Part shown: positions 51,914 to 60,548 of the stretch, piece after piece
Layout of the letters: every line of letters starts with the position of its first letter
Numbering within the stretch: position 1 is the stretch's first letter
Assembly (NCBI GenBank): GCA_037137535.1
Contig: JBAXKC010000001.1
Location: 224,001-288,000, forward strand
From: a bacterium
GTDB taxonomy: Bacteria; Cyanobacteriota; Vampirovibrionia; Gastranaerophilales; JBAXKC01
Direction of reading: 5' to 3'
Length of the DNA: 64,000 nt
Program-made: the position numbers and the translations under genes
The notes under the pieces: model-generated
Database searches by the model: none
Told to the model about the DNA's origin: nothing
What the model saw: only the letters and a program-made list of their open reading frames with translations

Positions 51914-53380
51914 TTATTTTTTTATAAGATAGATTATTTTTTTATCTTGATAAGCGATTTTCCATCCATTTGACATTAACAATTTAAGATTAGGTGTGCC
52001 TATTAAATCTTTATTTTGCCTGGCAATATATTTAATATTCTTTTTTATATATAAAGTTTTCCAGTTTTTAGCTTGAGGTAATAAAGTTTCATAATATTCT
52101 TGAACATATTTATCTCCATACATATCAAATCTGGAATCCATAAAGGCTCTGTATTTTGTATAAAATAGCAGTTCCGACCCAATAAATTCATCAGTTAATA
52201 TCAAACTGGTAGGAGGATTTTGGTTTAAATATTTAATAAAACCAGTTGTTAATACTTTTCGTTGAGCTGGAACAGCAAAACTTTTATTGAAAGTAAAAAT
52301 AAGACCTATAACTATTGCAATTAAACTCCATAAAATTACATTATCTTTTTCTTTTGAATAATTTTCTGTATTTATAACTAAATTAATATATTTCGATAAA
52401 TATAACCTACTTGCTTCAGCGAAAAACACAGGAAAAATAATTATTAAAAAACATAAATGTCTTATAGAAAATAAGGACATTGTTAAAGTTATCACCCACA
52501 TAATTCTTTCAGCAGGACGAATAGCCTTTGATTGAGTTGTATAAGCAAAAGTCAAAATACCTAAAATCACTGTAACTAATAATAACTTATTATGAAAATT
52601 AATCGGACTTAATTCCATAATAAAATTATTCATAAATTTACTTGAACCTAGAGTCATTAAATAGGGATATAATTTATACCCATTTGGATTTATAAGAGTT
52701 ACAGCAACAGTAAACAGCAATGGAAGCATAGATTTAAATGACTTGTTTTTTATGGCAGTTAATAAATATTCAATAAAAAGCCATATAATTCCAAAAACAA
52801 AACCCAAATGAATATTTGCCCATAAAACAAACAATAACGGTATTAATACCCATTTCACCTTATTCTTTTCTTTATATACTAAAATAAAATTTAATATTGA
52901 AGCCAATAAAATAGTTACGATAAAAGGTCTAAGATCTTCAAACATTATAAGGCAAGGAATAATTCCAATTATTGCAACCGCAACTTCAGGCATACCTGTA
53001 TATTTTCTTTTATATAATGTAACAGCAATAACTGAAAGCGATAAAATCAATATTGATATAATTAACCATATTAATCCATGAACTCCTAGCAGTTTATAAT
53101 CAAAATAGACAACTAACTTAAATAACCATTGATATACAACATAATTAATATGTTCTATTTGCGGAAAATTAGTTCCTAAAATATTAGTATGTGGAATTCC
53201 ATGATTTTTATATATCCATTCACCAGTTTTAATTATCCAATTATAATCGGGACTGCTGAAAATTCTTTTGCTTGTTGATGCAGTAAAAAGCATATAAAAA
53301 AAACTACACATACATATTATAGAAGTAATTCCGGGAAGAAATTTTAATATAATATTATTTTGATCATGTGGTTGTTTCAT
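51914..53380 (-). CDS. Polytopic membrane protein, GT-C-type glycosyltransferase-like
   Basis: PDYNWIIKTGEWI, RP, LWANIHLGF, LINPNG, FMDSRFDMYG motifs; many TM segments. Confidence 0.6.
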   Translation of the reverse strand: MKQPHDQNNIILKFLPGITSIICMCSFFYMLFTASTSKRIFSSPDYNWIIKTGEWIYKNHGIPHTNILGTNFPQIEHINYVVYQWLFKLVVYFDYKLLGVHGLIWLIISILILSLSVIAVTLYKRKYTGMPEVAVAIIGIIPCLIMFEDLRPFIVTILLASILNFILVYKEKNKVKWVLIPLLFVLWANIHLGFVFGIIWLFIEYLLTAIKNKSFKSMLPLLFTVAVTLINPNGYKLYPYLMTLGSSKFMNNFIMELSPINFHNKLLLVTVILGILTFAYTTQSKAIRPAERIMWVITLTMSLFSIRHLCFLIIIFPVFFAEASRLYLSKYINLVINTENYSKEKDNVILWSLIAIVIGLIFTFNKSFAVPAQRKVLTTGFIKYLNQNPPTSLILTDEFIGSELLFYTKYRAFMDSRFDMYGDKYVQEYYETLLPQAKNWKTLYIKKNIKYIARQNKDLIGTPNLKLLMSNGWKIAYQDKKIIYLIKK

Positions 53381-53625
53381 TTTATAACTATTTCCTATTC
53401 AAACCAGCTCTATACTTTAAAGTATAACAAACGTATTTAAAACGGTTAAATAAAATTTCTTTTTATTGCTAATAAAAAACTAATTAAAATCTATTATTAT
53501 TTATTTTAATCTATAAGATGTGATTGTATTACGAACTTTTATTATTTTTGCAATTATAAAAAGAAAATTGTAAGATATAAAAAATTTAAAACTAGTTTTA
53601 GTGTAGTTTTTGTGAGGAAGAGAAA

Positions 53626-54180
53626 ATGGTATTAGCTCATCGTAGTGGTTTTACTGCGTCAAATTTTGGTATGCAAATTGGCTTTGGTTATTATTCAGTA
53701 ATGAAAAAAATTGCAACAAAAGAACATGTTCATTGTGCCTATGGAGGAGAAGAACTTAATGAAGATAATCCTGCAACAGCCGAACATGTAGAACCACATA
53801 GTAAGGGTGGAGCAGATGATGATTCTAATTTTTTACCTGTATGCGAAAAACACAATGGAGAAAGAGGATGTAGATCATATAAAAGATTTTTAAGAGAGAA
53901 ACCAAAAGTCTGGAATAATATAAAAAGAACCATTTTAGAAATAAATAAAATTAAAACTGAGAACTTTGATGGACATGAATGGGCTAAAAAAATTATAAAA
54001 GCAGTTGAAATCCAATCAAAACAAAAACTTAACATTGATATTGATAATGAAGAAAATAATATATTAAATAAAGAGGAAGACCATTCTGAAACGGAATACG
54101 ATTTAGATAAGACATTAATTACTACATCAGGTAAAAAAATATATATAAAACGTGAAAAGCCTTTAGATCTATTTGCTTAA
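53626..54180 (+). CDS. HNH endonuclease-like protein
   Basis: CAYGG...TAEHVEPHSKGG....SNFLPVCEKHNGERG; GAGGA RBS. Confidence 0.75.
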   Translation: MVLAHRSGFTASNFGMQIGFGYYSVMKKIATKEHVHCAYGGEELNEDNPATAEHVEPHSKGGADDDSNFLPVCEKHNGERGCRSYKRFLREKPKVWNNIKRTILEINKIKTENFDGHEWAKKIIKAVEIQSKQKLNIDIDNEENNILNKEEDHSETEYDLDKTLITTSGKKIYIKREKPLDLFA

Positions 54181-54286
54181 TATGATTTAAAGGCTTTTAT
54201 TTTTTAGGTGAAAATTTATATAATAAAATAATTTAAAACAATTACCCGAATATGTTTTTTTGTAAAAACATACAGTTTAAATACGC

Positions 54287-54321
54287 CAAAAGGCTTTATT
54301 TCTTAATAATAAAGCCTTTTG
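54287..54321 (+). terminator. Terminator after the first HNH gene
   Basis: caaaaggctttatt / aataaagccttttg. Confidence 0.7.
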
Positions 54322-54456
54322 ATTAAGAAATGTTAAACTTTTTTAAAAAAATAGCAATTTTTTAATTTTTAAGGTTTTAAGCCTACATCCAAAATAGAGA
54401 AAAAAGTTCATAAGTTACACTTATTATCATCAAGTAGAAAAATTTATAATCTTAAA

Positions 54457-54712
54457 TAGAAGAGGAGGATATCTCTGCATAAAGAGATACAATGATTTTG
54501 TGGGAAAACCATTGTATCAAACCTAATTATAGGACTTTATCGGCTCTGATTTTTGCTGAAAGTGTGGTGCGCTTTTACACAAAATAAACAAAACCCGCCT
54601 TTTAAATAGGTCTATTTTGTTTTGAAAAATTTCATATCACAACCCTTATTTGCATAAAAGTATGTAAAAGATAAGGGGATATCATTATGCAAAAATCTTA
54701 GCCCGAAAGCAC
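54457..54712. ncRNA. Candidate multi-stem structured RNA/leader of unknown class
   Basis: Several complementary segments, including long-range gatttttgc (54548-56) / gcaaaaatc (54689-97); TATAAT at 54445. Confidence 0.4.
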
Positions 54713-54776
54713 GTAATCATCAATACATTATTAAAATTTGTAAATTAGATTTAAAAGATGCTTAGGGGGAAACTAC

Positions 54777-55442
54777 ATGTCTTTATCAAATTACGGTTCT
54801 TTTGGTATGCAAAATTTACACGCTCAAATTGGTTTTGGCTATAACTCAACAATGAAACACGTTGCAACAAAAGAACATGTACATTGCGCTTATGGCGGAG
54901 AAGAGCTTACTAGCGGACATCCTGCAACAGCAGAACATGTAAAAACTCACTCTTCAGGTGGAGCAAACAGCGACTCTAACTTCTTACCAGTATGTCAAGA
55001 ACACAATGGAGAAAGAGCAAGCATTCCATTTCCTAAATTTCTTGCTACTCATCCAAAGGCATGGAATAACATTAAACAAACCATTCTTGAACTAAATGAT
55101 GTAAAAACATCTGACTTTGATGGACATAAATGGGCTCAAAATATTGTTAAAGTTGTTGAAAAAGAATCAGGCCGTCACATGGACATCACGCTGGGAGATG
55201 ATGATGAAGTGACAACAAGAGATTATTCCTCAGAAATAAAAGACTCTTCTGATAATGAAGAAATCGATAAAACTTTAACAACGAGAACAGGTAAAAAAAT
55301 ATATATTGGTCAAAATAAACCACTAGATATTATTGAAAATGGTGAAACAGAAACGGAGCCGGAAATCGATAAAACTTTAACAACCAGATCAGGCAAAAAA
55401 ATATATATTGGAGAAAATAAACCTATAAACTTCTTCGCATAA
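54777..55442 (+). CDS. HNH endonuclease-like protein (paralog) with duplicated C-terminal module
   Basis: CAYGG...TAEHVKTHSSGG....SNFLPVCQEHNGER; EIDKTLTTR.GKKIYIG.NKP twice. Confidence 0.75.
   Translation: MSLSNYGSFGMQNLHAQIGFGYNSTMKHVATKEHVHCAYGGEELTSGHPATAEHVKTHSSGGANSDSNFLPVCQEHNGERASIPFPKFLATHPKAWNNIKQTILELNDVKTSDFDGHKWAQNIVKVVEKESGRHMDITLGDDDEVTTRDYSSEIKDSSDNEEIDKTLTTRTGKKIYIGQNKPLDIIENGETETEPEIDKTLTTRSGKKIYIGENKPINFFA
55260..55423 (+). repeat. Intragenic direct repeat, 102-nt period
   Basis: gaaatcgataaaactttaacaac...aaaataaacc at 55260 and 55362. Confidence 0.85.
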
Positions 55443-55479
55443 AAATTTATATAGGTTTAATAACAGGAGGTTCTTATAC

Positions 55480-56163
55480 ATGTTCAATGCAATTGGACAC
55501 TCGACACAAACAAATATGTTGAGTTTTCAAGCGAGAAAAAAGCACGAAAAGCCACCATTAGATAGAGAACACACAGTCGCAATTCTTGGAACGGGAAAGG
55601 ATCTTGAAACTACTGAAAAATATACACAAATGGCCTATGAAGTTGCAAATAAACTTGCTAAAGACGGTTATAATGTTGTAACAGGAGGTGGTGACGGAAT
55701 TATGTCCGCTGCCAACAAAGGAGCAACCGATGCCGATGCTAAAAAAAGTTTTTCAATTATGGTCAAATACTGGCCAAATAAAATAGGTCAAAAATTTTTT
55801 AACGTTCTAAGCACAGTAATGAGTGGTCCAAAAAGAACTGATATGTTCGCAAAAGATGCAGGAACTTGGATAGTCTTCCCAGGCGGCACAGGAACTCTTG
55901 AAGAAATTGGAGTTGGAACAGAATCCAAATACTATGGTCATAAAGATGATAGAGTAGCACATCCTGATAAAATCATTATGGTTGATCGAGAATTCCAAAA
56001 ACCGCTTAAAGCCTATATTAATGGAATGCAGGAAATGGGATTAGCTCCTTTACCTCAAAATTCTGAAAAAGAAACACTCTTTGAAGAATTATTTGAAGAA
56101 GCTGATACTTCAAAAGAAATAGTTGATAAAGTAGAAAACAAAAAATTATCAACTATTACGTAG
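55480..56163 (+). CDS. LOG/SLOG family nucleotide phosphoribohydrolase-like protein
   Basis: VTGGGDGIMSAANKGA and FPGGTGTLEEI (PGGxGTxxE) motifs; AGGAGG RBS. Confidence 0.85.
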   Translation: MFNAIGHSTQTNMLSFQARKKHEKPPLDREHTVAILGTGKDLETTEKYTQMAYEVANKLAKDGYNVVTGGGDGIMSAANKGATDADAKKSFSIMVKYWPNKIGQKFFNVLSTVMSGPKRTDMFAKDAGTWIVFPGGTGTLEEIGVGTESKYYGHKDDRVAHPDKIIMVDREFQKPLKAYINGMQEMGLAPLPQNSEKETLFEELFEEADTSKEIVDKVENKKLSTIT

Positions 56164-56180
56164 TCTCTAACTATACATTG

Positions 56181-56208
56181 GGCTCAACTTTATGTTGAGC
56201 TCTTTTTT
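56181..56208 (+). terminator. Terminator after the LOG gene
   Basis: gctcaac-tttat-gttgagc followed by a T run. Confidence 0.7.
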
Positions 56209-56308
56209 TATATAAATTTTAAAATTTCACTAAACTATTTTCCCAAATAGCGGATTAAATTTCATTAATTTAAGTTTAAATTAATGAATAAAAATAGAGA
56301 GGTGAAAT

Positions 56309-56581
56309 ATGTTAGAAACATTAATAATAATTCGAAATATTTTACTAAGAACTGTTATTATAAGCATAATTTACGTGTTTATCATCTTCATCTGCTATCT
56401 TTCAATGCAAAATTTCATGATCTCAATGATTGACCAAGTATATAAGATTAATGCGGAGCAATCACACATTTTAATAGTTCATTTTATTGCATTGATTAAA
56501 TTCTTTATTTTATTTGTACTACTTTTCCCTGCACTTGCAATCCATTGGACAATTAAAAAAATAGAAACTAAAAAAAAGTAA
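56309..56581 (+). CDS. Small two-TM membrane protein
   Basis: GAGAGGTG RBS; two hydrophobic helices. Confidence 0.7.
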   Translation: MLETLIIIRNILLRTVIISIIYVFIIFICYLSMQNFMISMIDQVYKINAEQSHILIVHFIALIKFFILFVLLFPALAIHWTIKKIETKKK

Positions 56582-56656
56582 ATTTAAATTAATCCAAAAT
56601 AATAACAGACAATAAAAAGCTAAACAAAATCAAAAAATAAAATATTTTTAATATGC

Positions 56657-56686
56657 AAAAAGAACTCCCAATGGGAGCTCTTTTTG
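56657..56686. terminator. Bidirectional terminator
   Basis: caaaaagaactccc / gggagctctttttg. Confidence 0.7.
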
Positions 56687-56717
56687 TTGAACCTTTTTAC
56701 GTAGGCTATATAAATTC

Positions 56718-57005
56718 CTAGTAGGAATTTGAATAGCAAGATTTACATAATACAGGTCTGTCGCTTGATGGTTTGAAAGGAACTTGAGCAGCTCCACCAC
56801 AATCGGAACATACAGCATCGTACATTCTTTTTTGTTGGAATCCACCAGCACTTCTTCCGCCACCTTTTCTAGCGCTACGGCAAGGCTTACATCTTTTTGG
56901 TTGGTTTGTTAAACCTTTTGATTCGTAAAATTCTTGCTCGCTTACTGTGAAATCAAATTCACAACCACAGTCTGCACATTGTAAAGTAATGTCTTGATAC
57001 GCCAT
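56718..57005 (-). CDS. Zinc-ribbon + CxxC-x17-CxxC domain protein (putative nucleic-acid binding)
   Basis: LQCADCG.EF.F...EQEFY..KG..N.PKRCKPCR; CSDCG..AQVPFKP..DRPVLCKSC. Confidence 0.88.
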   Translation of the reverse strand: MAYQDITLQCADCGCEFDFTVSEQEFYESKGLTNQPKRCKPCRSARKGGGRSAGGFQQKRMYDAVCSDCGGAAQVPFKPSSDRPVLCKSCYSNSY

Positions 57006-57165
57006 TATAGGCCTCCTTTTGTTAATCGATACGCTTTGAATGAGGCCTAGATAATGATATTTAACTGGCTTACTTCAAAAAAGCTATCTTTTTAGTATGT
57101 AACTATCTCACTTGAGATTATAAGAAATCCTGCTTCCAAGCAAATAATTTCTTACAACTAAGACT

Positions 57166-57196
57166 TATTATATAACAAATAGTTCCACTTATGTCA
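57166..57196 (-). promoter_or_regulatory. Sigma70-type promoter giving a ~160-nt 5' UTR for the zinc-ribbon gene
   Basis: TTGACA (57196-57191) then TATATAAT after 17 nt. Confidence 0.65.
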
Positions 57197-57338
57197 ACAC
57201 CCAAAATAAAATATTTTTTTAAATAAAACAAAATATCCATAGATAGTTGATATAAAAGGACCTTTAAAAAACATTGAACTTAATAAATTAAAATATACCC
57301 GCCACAGATTCAATAAACTTATCCATAAAATTTCAAAC

Positions 57339-57381
57339 AAAAAGAAACTTCTACTATCCTAAAATAGAGAAGTTTCTTTTT
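57339..57381 (-). terminator. Intrinsic terminator
   Basis: aaaaagaaacttct / agaagtttcttttt. Confidence 0.7.
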
Positions 57382-57397
57382 TCAATTTACTTATTAA

Positions 57398-59056
57398 TTA
57401 AAATTTAAATTTTAATCCTGCTTGAGCCGAATAATCACCGTTGTCTAAAACATATGATAAGTTAGCATATGGATTTAATCCGTTATCTTTATTTCCTGAT
57501 AATTCAAGATCAAATTGTGGTGTTACGTTGCGTCCTGACTCAAGAGGTATATTTACAGCTACTCCCGCATTAACATTCACATCAGGAATACTTAAGTTAG
57601 GATATTTTGCTCTGTCCTCAACAGGAATACCAAAAGCATTATTATTGTAGAAAGCTCCTGCTCTTACATAAGGGGTATTACTAAATCCTGTTGTTTGACC
57701 TATAACTCCAAGATCTTTTGAAATTTGAGAACCATCATTAAATTTAGCAACTAAAGAACCTGATGTTTGAGTGTTATAAGGGTTATTTAAATTCAAACCA
57801 AGCCCTAATCCTAATCCATATCTTTCATTAGTAGTCGGATTGTTTTTATCGTCAAAAAGTTTATTTCCAATGTTTAAATTTGCTTGTAAAACTGCTTCAC
57901 CTCTTGCAGGAGTTGTATCCACAGATAAACCTGTTCCAATTGAGCCATCATTATTTAGCTTTTCAGTTCTAAATGAAATAGCAGGATCTGTTGGCAATAA
58001 TTGATTATTTGTTGAAAGTCCTAATCCTGTATTAACTATAATTCCTTCTTTTGTTTTTGGATCAACAGGTGCGTTTGTTAGGGTGCTTGCGACAGGAGAA
58101 CCAAGCCTTTTATTTGAAGTAACTAAACTTATTTGAGGCTGTTCCGGAGGAGTAGGTTTATCTTCGGGCTTTGTAGGCTCTACCGGTTTAGGATCTACGG
58201 GTTTTGTTGCGTCTGGAGTATCATAAGAACTGCTTAAGAGTTCCATTACGTTTTGATTTGTAATTTCTTTTCCATTTACATTTCCACAAAAATTCCAATG
58301 TCCAAAAGCTTCATCTTTTAATACTTGGACAGAATCACCATTTGGCATAAAGATAGCATACATTGTTTCATTATCTCTTTTTATTCTTGCTCCGTTAGGG
58401 AAAGATATTTCTTGCCCCGGCTGAATATCTTTACCATCAACCTTTAATGTATTTGAGCCTTCATTTATTTGAATATTATTTCCGCCGATTTTTATATTGC
58501 CGCTTGTTATGCCTTCATTTCCATTTGGCAATTTTCTTACGTTTACATCGATTGAATAATCTTTATCGCCTAAGTTTTCAGCATTAGCATCATGGTTTAC
58601 AAAATTTGTAGGCTTATTTAGAGTTGATACATCTGAAACTAGACCTGTTGCATCATTATTTCCTTTTACGGTCAAAAGATTTAAATTTTCATATAATCCT
58701 TTTGGAATATCAACAGTAGTCTTGTCATGAGTTGCATTAGGGTCGCTACCTGATCCCCAGAAGAAACCCGGTAACTTTGTTGTTGTAGGCTGAGAGACTG
58801 ACTTTATATCTGTACTAAAATGTCTTGCTGCATTTGCAGCTTCTACTGTTTTTTCAAAATCCGCAAAACCACTTTTAAAATCAGTGCTATTCATCAAGTT
58901 CTCTAAAGAATTTGCAGGAATATTAATACCATCCTTTTTCCAGATACTTGCCTGATCAGCCACAGCCTTTTTCTCAGCTCCGGGAACAAGTCCGGTGTTT
59001 AAAGTTACAGGTGCCTTACCTACGAGCTGACTAGCCTGATTAATGAATTCTCCCAT
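57398..59056 (-). CDS. Hypothetical protein: beta-rich (VWD-like) middle, Pro-rich linker, beta-barrel-like C-terminus ending in Phe
   Basis: ATG at 59056 after AAAGGAG; KPVDPKPVEPTKPEDKPTPP linker; alternating strands ending AQAGLKFKF. Confidence 0.6.
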   Translation of the reverse strand: MGEFINQASQLVGKAPVTLNTGLVPGAEKKAVADQASIWKKDGINIPANSLENLMNSTDFKSGFADFEKTVEAANAARHFSTDIKSVSQPTTTKLPGFFWGSGSDPNATHDKTTVDIPKGLYENLNLLTVKGNNDATGLVSDVSTLNKPTNFVNHDANAENLGDKDYSIDVNVRKLPNGNEGITSGNIKIGGNNIQINEGSNTLKVDGKDIQPGQEISFPNGARIKRDNETMYAIFMPNGDSVQVLKDEAFGHWNFCGNVNGKEITNQNVMELLSSSYDTPDATKPVDPKPVEPTKPEDKPTPPEQPQISLVTSNKRLGSPVASTLTNAPVDPKTKEGIIVNTGLGLSTNNQLLPTDPAISFRTEKLNNDGSIGTGLSVDTTPARGEAVLQANLNIGNKLFDDKNNPTTNERYGLGLGLGLNLNNPYNTQTSGSLVAKFNDGSQISKDLGVIGQTTGFSNTPYVRAGAFYNNNAFGIPVEDRAKYPNLSIPDVNVNAGVAVNIPLESGRNVTPQFDLELSGNKDNGLNPYANLSYVLDNGDYSAQAGLKFKF

Positions 59057-59477
59057 CTTAATACTCCTTTTATAAATTTTACATTTTAAATATTTCGTAT
59101 ATATTTCGTATATATTTATAAAAACATTTCGCATGAAAAAATTGCCTGTTAAAAGCCAATATTCATGTTTTTACCATAATTTTTATAAGAAAATACTACT
59201 AAACACTTTAATTACAGACCATTTGACAAATCTAAAGTTTTGTAACATTTGCTTGCGAATTATTAATTTTTTAGTCAAATAAAGAAATACCTCTTTATTG
59301 TTTGTTTTTTTATAATAAAGCATTAAAATTTAATTAAAATCAAACAATTAATTAAGTTTTAATCTATTTCAATAACCTTAGAGATTAAAATTCAGTTTAA
59401 AAACAAAAAAATAATGCTCTATCAATTAAGAACATATTTTATTCCCCAAAATATATTTATTTTATTTAATCTAAGAA

Positions 59478-59506
59478 TTGACCAATGACAATAAATTCTC
59501 TATAAT
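59478..59506 (+). promoter_or_regulatory. Sigma70-type promoter of the pilin-collar operon
   Basis: TTGACC-N17-TATAAT. Confidence 0.7.
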
Positions 59507-59622
59507 GAGATATATAGTTGAATCTACATGAATCAAACAAAAGAAATCACAATAAAATCACCATAACATCAGAAACTGACTTTCAAAAATTGTAATATTG
59601 TAAAAAAATAGGGCTGGATTGT

Positions 59623-60507
59623 TTGAAAATTAAAAATAAAAAATTATATTTTAAGACTGGCTTAACTCTTGTAGAGTCTTTATTTGTTATGGTAATAATG
59701 AGTACAGTTTTAATATCCAGTATTCCTATTTTTGCCAATAAAAAAATACTTAGAACAGACACTCCAAATATTGGAATTGTGGCAATTTGGGCAAACCCCG
59801 GAGCCATTCCTTCAAACTTTCTTGAATGTAACGGACAAGCATATAACGTAGCTGACTATCCTGATTTATTCAACATTATTGGAACGTCCTACGGTGGAGC
59901 AGGCTCAACTTTTAATGTCCCAAACTTACAGGGAAGAACTGCAATAGGAGCAGGAACTGGAGCTGGACTTACAAATAAAGTATATCAAACAACAGTAGGC
60001 TCTGAGGAAGAAAGTCTTACATTAGCTCAACTTCCAAACCATGTTCATATCTTTAACGACCCTGGACACAAACACTGGGACTCAGGACATGCTCATGGAA
60101 CAAGCGACCCTGGACACAAACACTGGGACTACGGACATTCTCACACTTTATGGGATGGCTGGCACAGTCATTATTATAGAGATGTTTATTATTCTGAGTT
60201 TGGCTCAACTCCTGTCCCATGGGACATAGGAACAAATGCCAGAAGTGATTATGACAATAAAGGTCTTGAAATTCGCAGAAATACAAACTGGACCGGCTCG
60301 AATATCGGAATATATAATGGTTATGCAAATGTATCCTATCAAAGTAGCAATCTTGCCGCTTCTACTAATAACGGTAATGCTTCCATTCAATCAGCTCTAA
60401 GCAATGTAACCGTACCTGTAAGCGGTGGAAGTGGAACTGCAACAGGAAATCCTCATGAAAATATGCTTCCTTTTAGAGCTTTAAGATATATTATTAGAGC
60501 AAAATAA
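59623..60507 (+). CDS. Prepilin-type N-terminus fused to phage tail-collar domain and HxH-repeat needle (paralog 1)
   Basis: KTG|LTLVE + hydrophobic helix; IGIVAIWA..IPSNFLECNGQ..YPDLFNIIGTSYG..TFNVPNLQGR; six HxH; HENMLPFRALRYIIRAK. Confidence 0.85.
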   Translation: MKIKNKKLYFKTGLTLVESLFVMVIMSTVLISSIPIFANKKILRTDTPNIGIVAIWANPGAIPSNFLECNGQAYNVADYPDLFNIIGTSYGGAGSTFNVPNLQGRTAIGAGTGAGLTNKVYQTTVGSEEESLTLAQLPNHVHIFNDPGHKHWDSGHAHGTSDPGHKHWDYGHSHTLWDGWHSHYYRDVYYSEFGSTPVPWDIGTNARSDYDNKGLEIRRNTNWTGSNIGIYNGYANVSYQSSNLAASTNNGNASIQSALSNVTVPVSGGSGTATGNPHENMLPFRALRYIIRAK

Positions 60508-60548
60508 TAACTGATTAATAATTACGTTTCATAAGAAAAGAGGCTGGA

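Noticed and set aside
54537-54563. Minus-strand sigma28 promoter (GCCGATAA)
   Set aside because: No TAAA at the 15-nt spacing and no gene downstream on that strand
53626-55442. IscB/Cas9-like (OMEGA) nuclease or CRISPR locus
   Set aside because: Proteins are short with no PLMP or RuvC motifs, and no repeat-spacer array is visible
56648-56863. 71-aa ORF overlapping the zinc-ribbon gene
   Set aside because: Shadow frame running through the terminator
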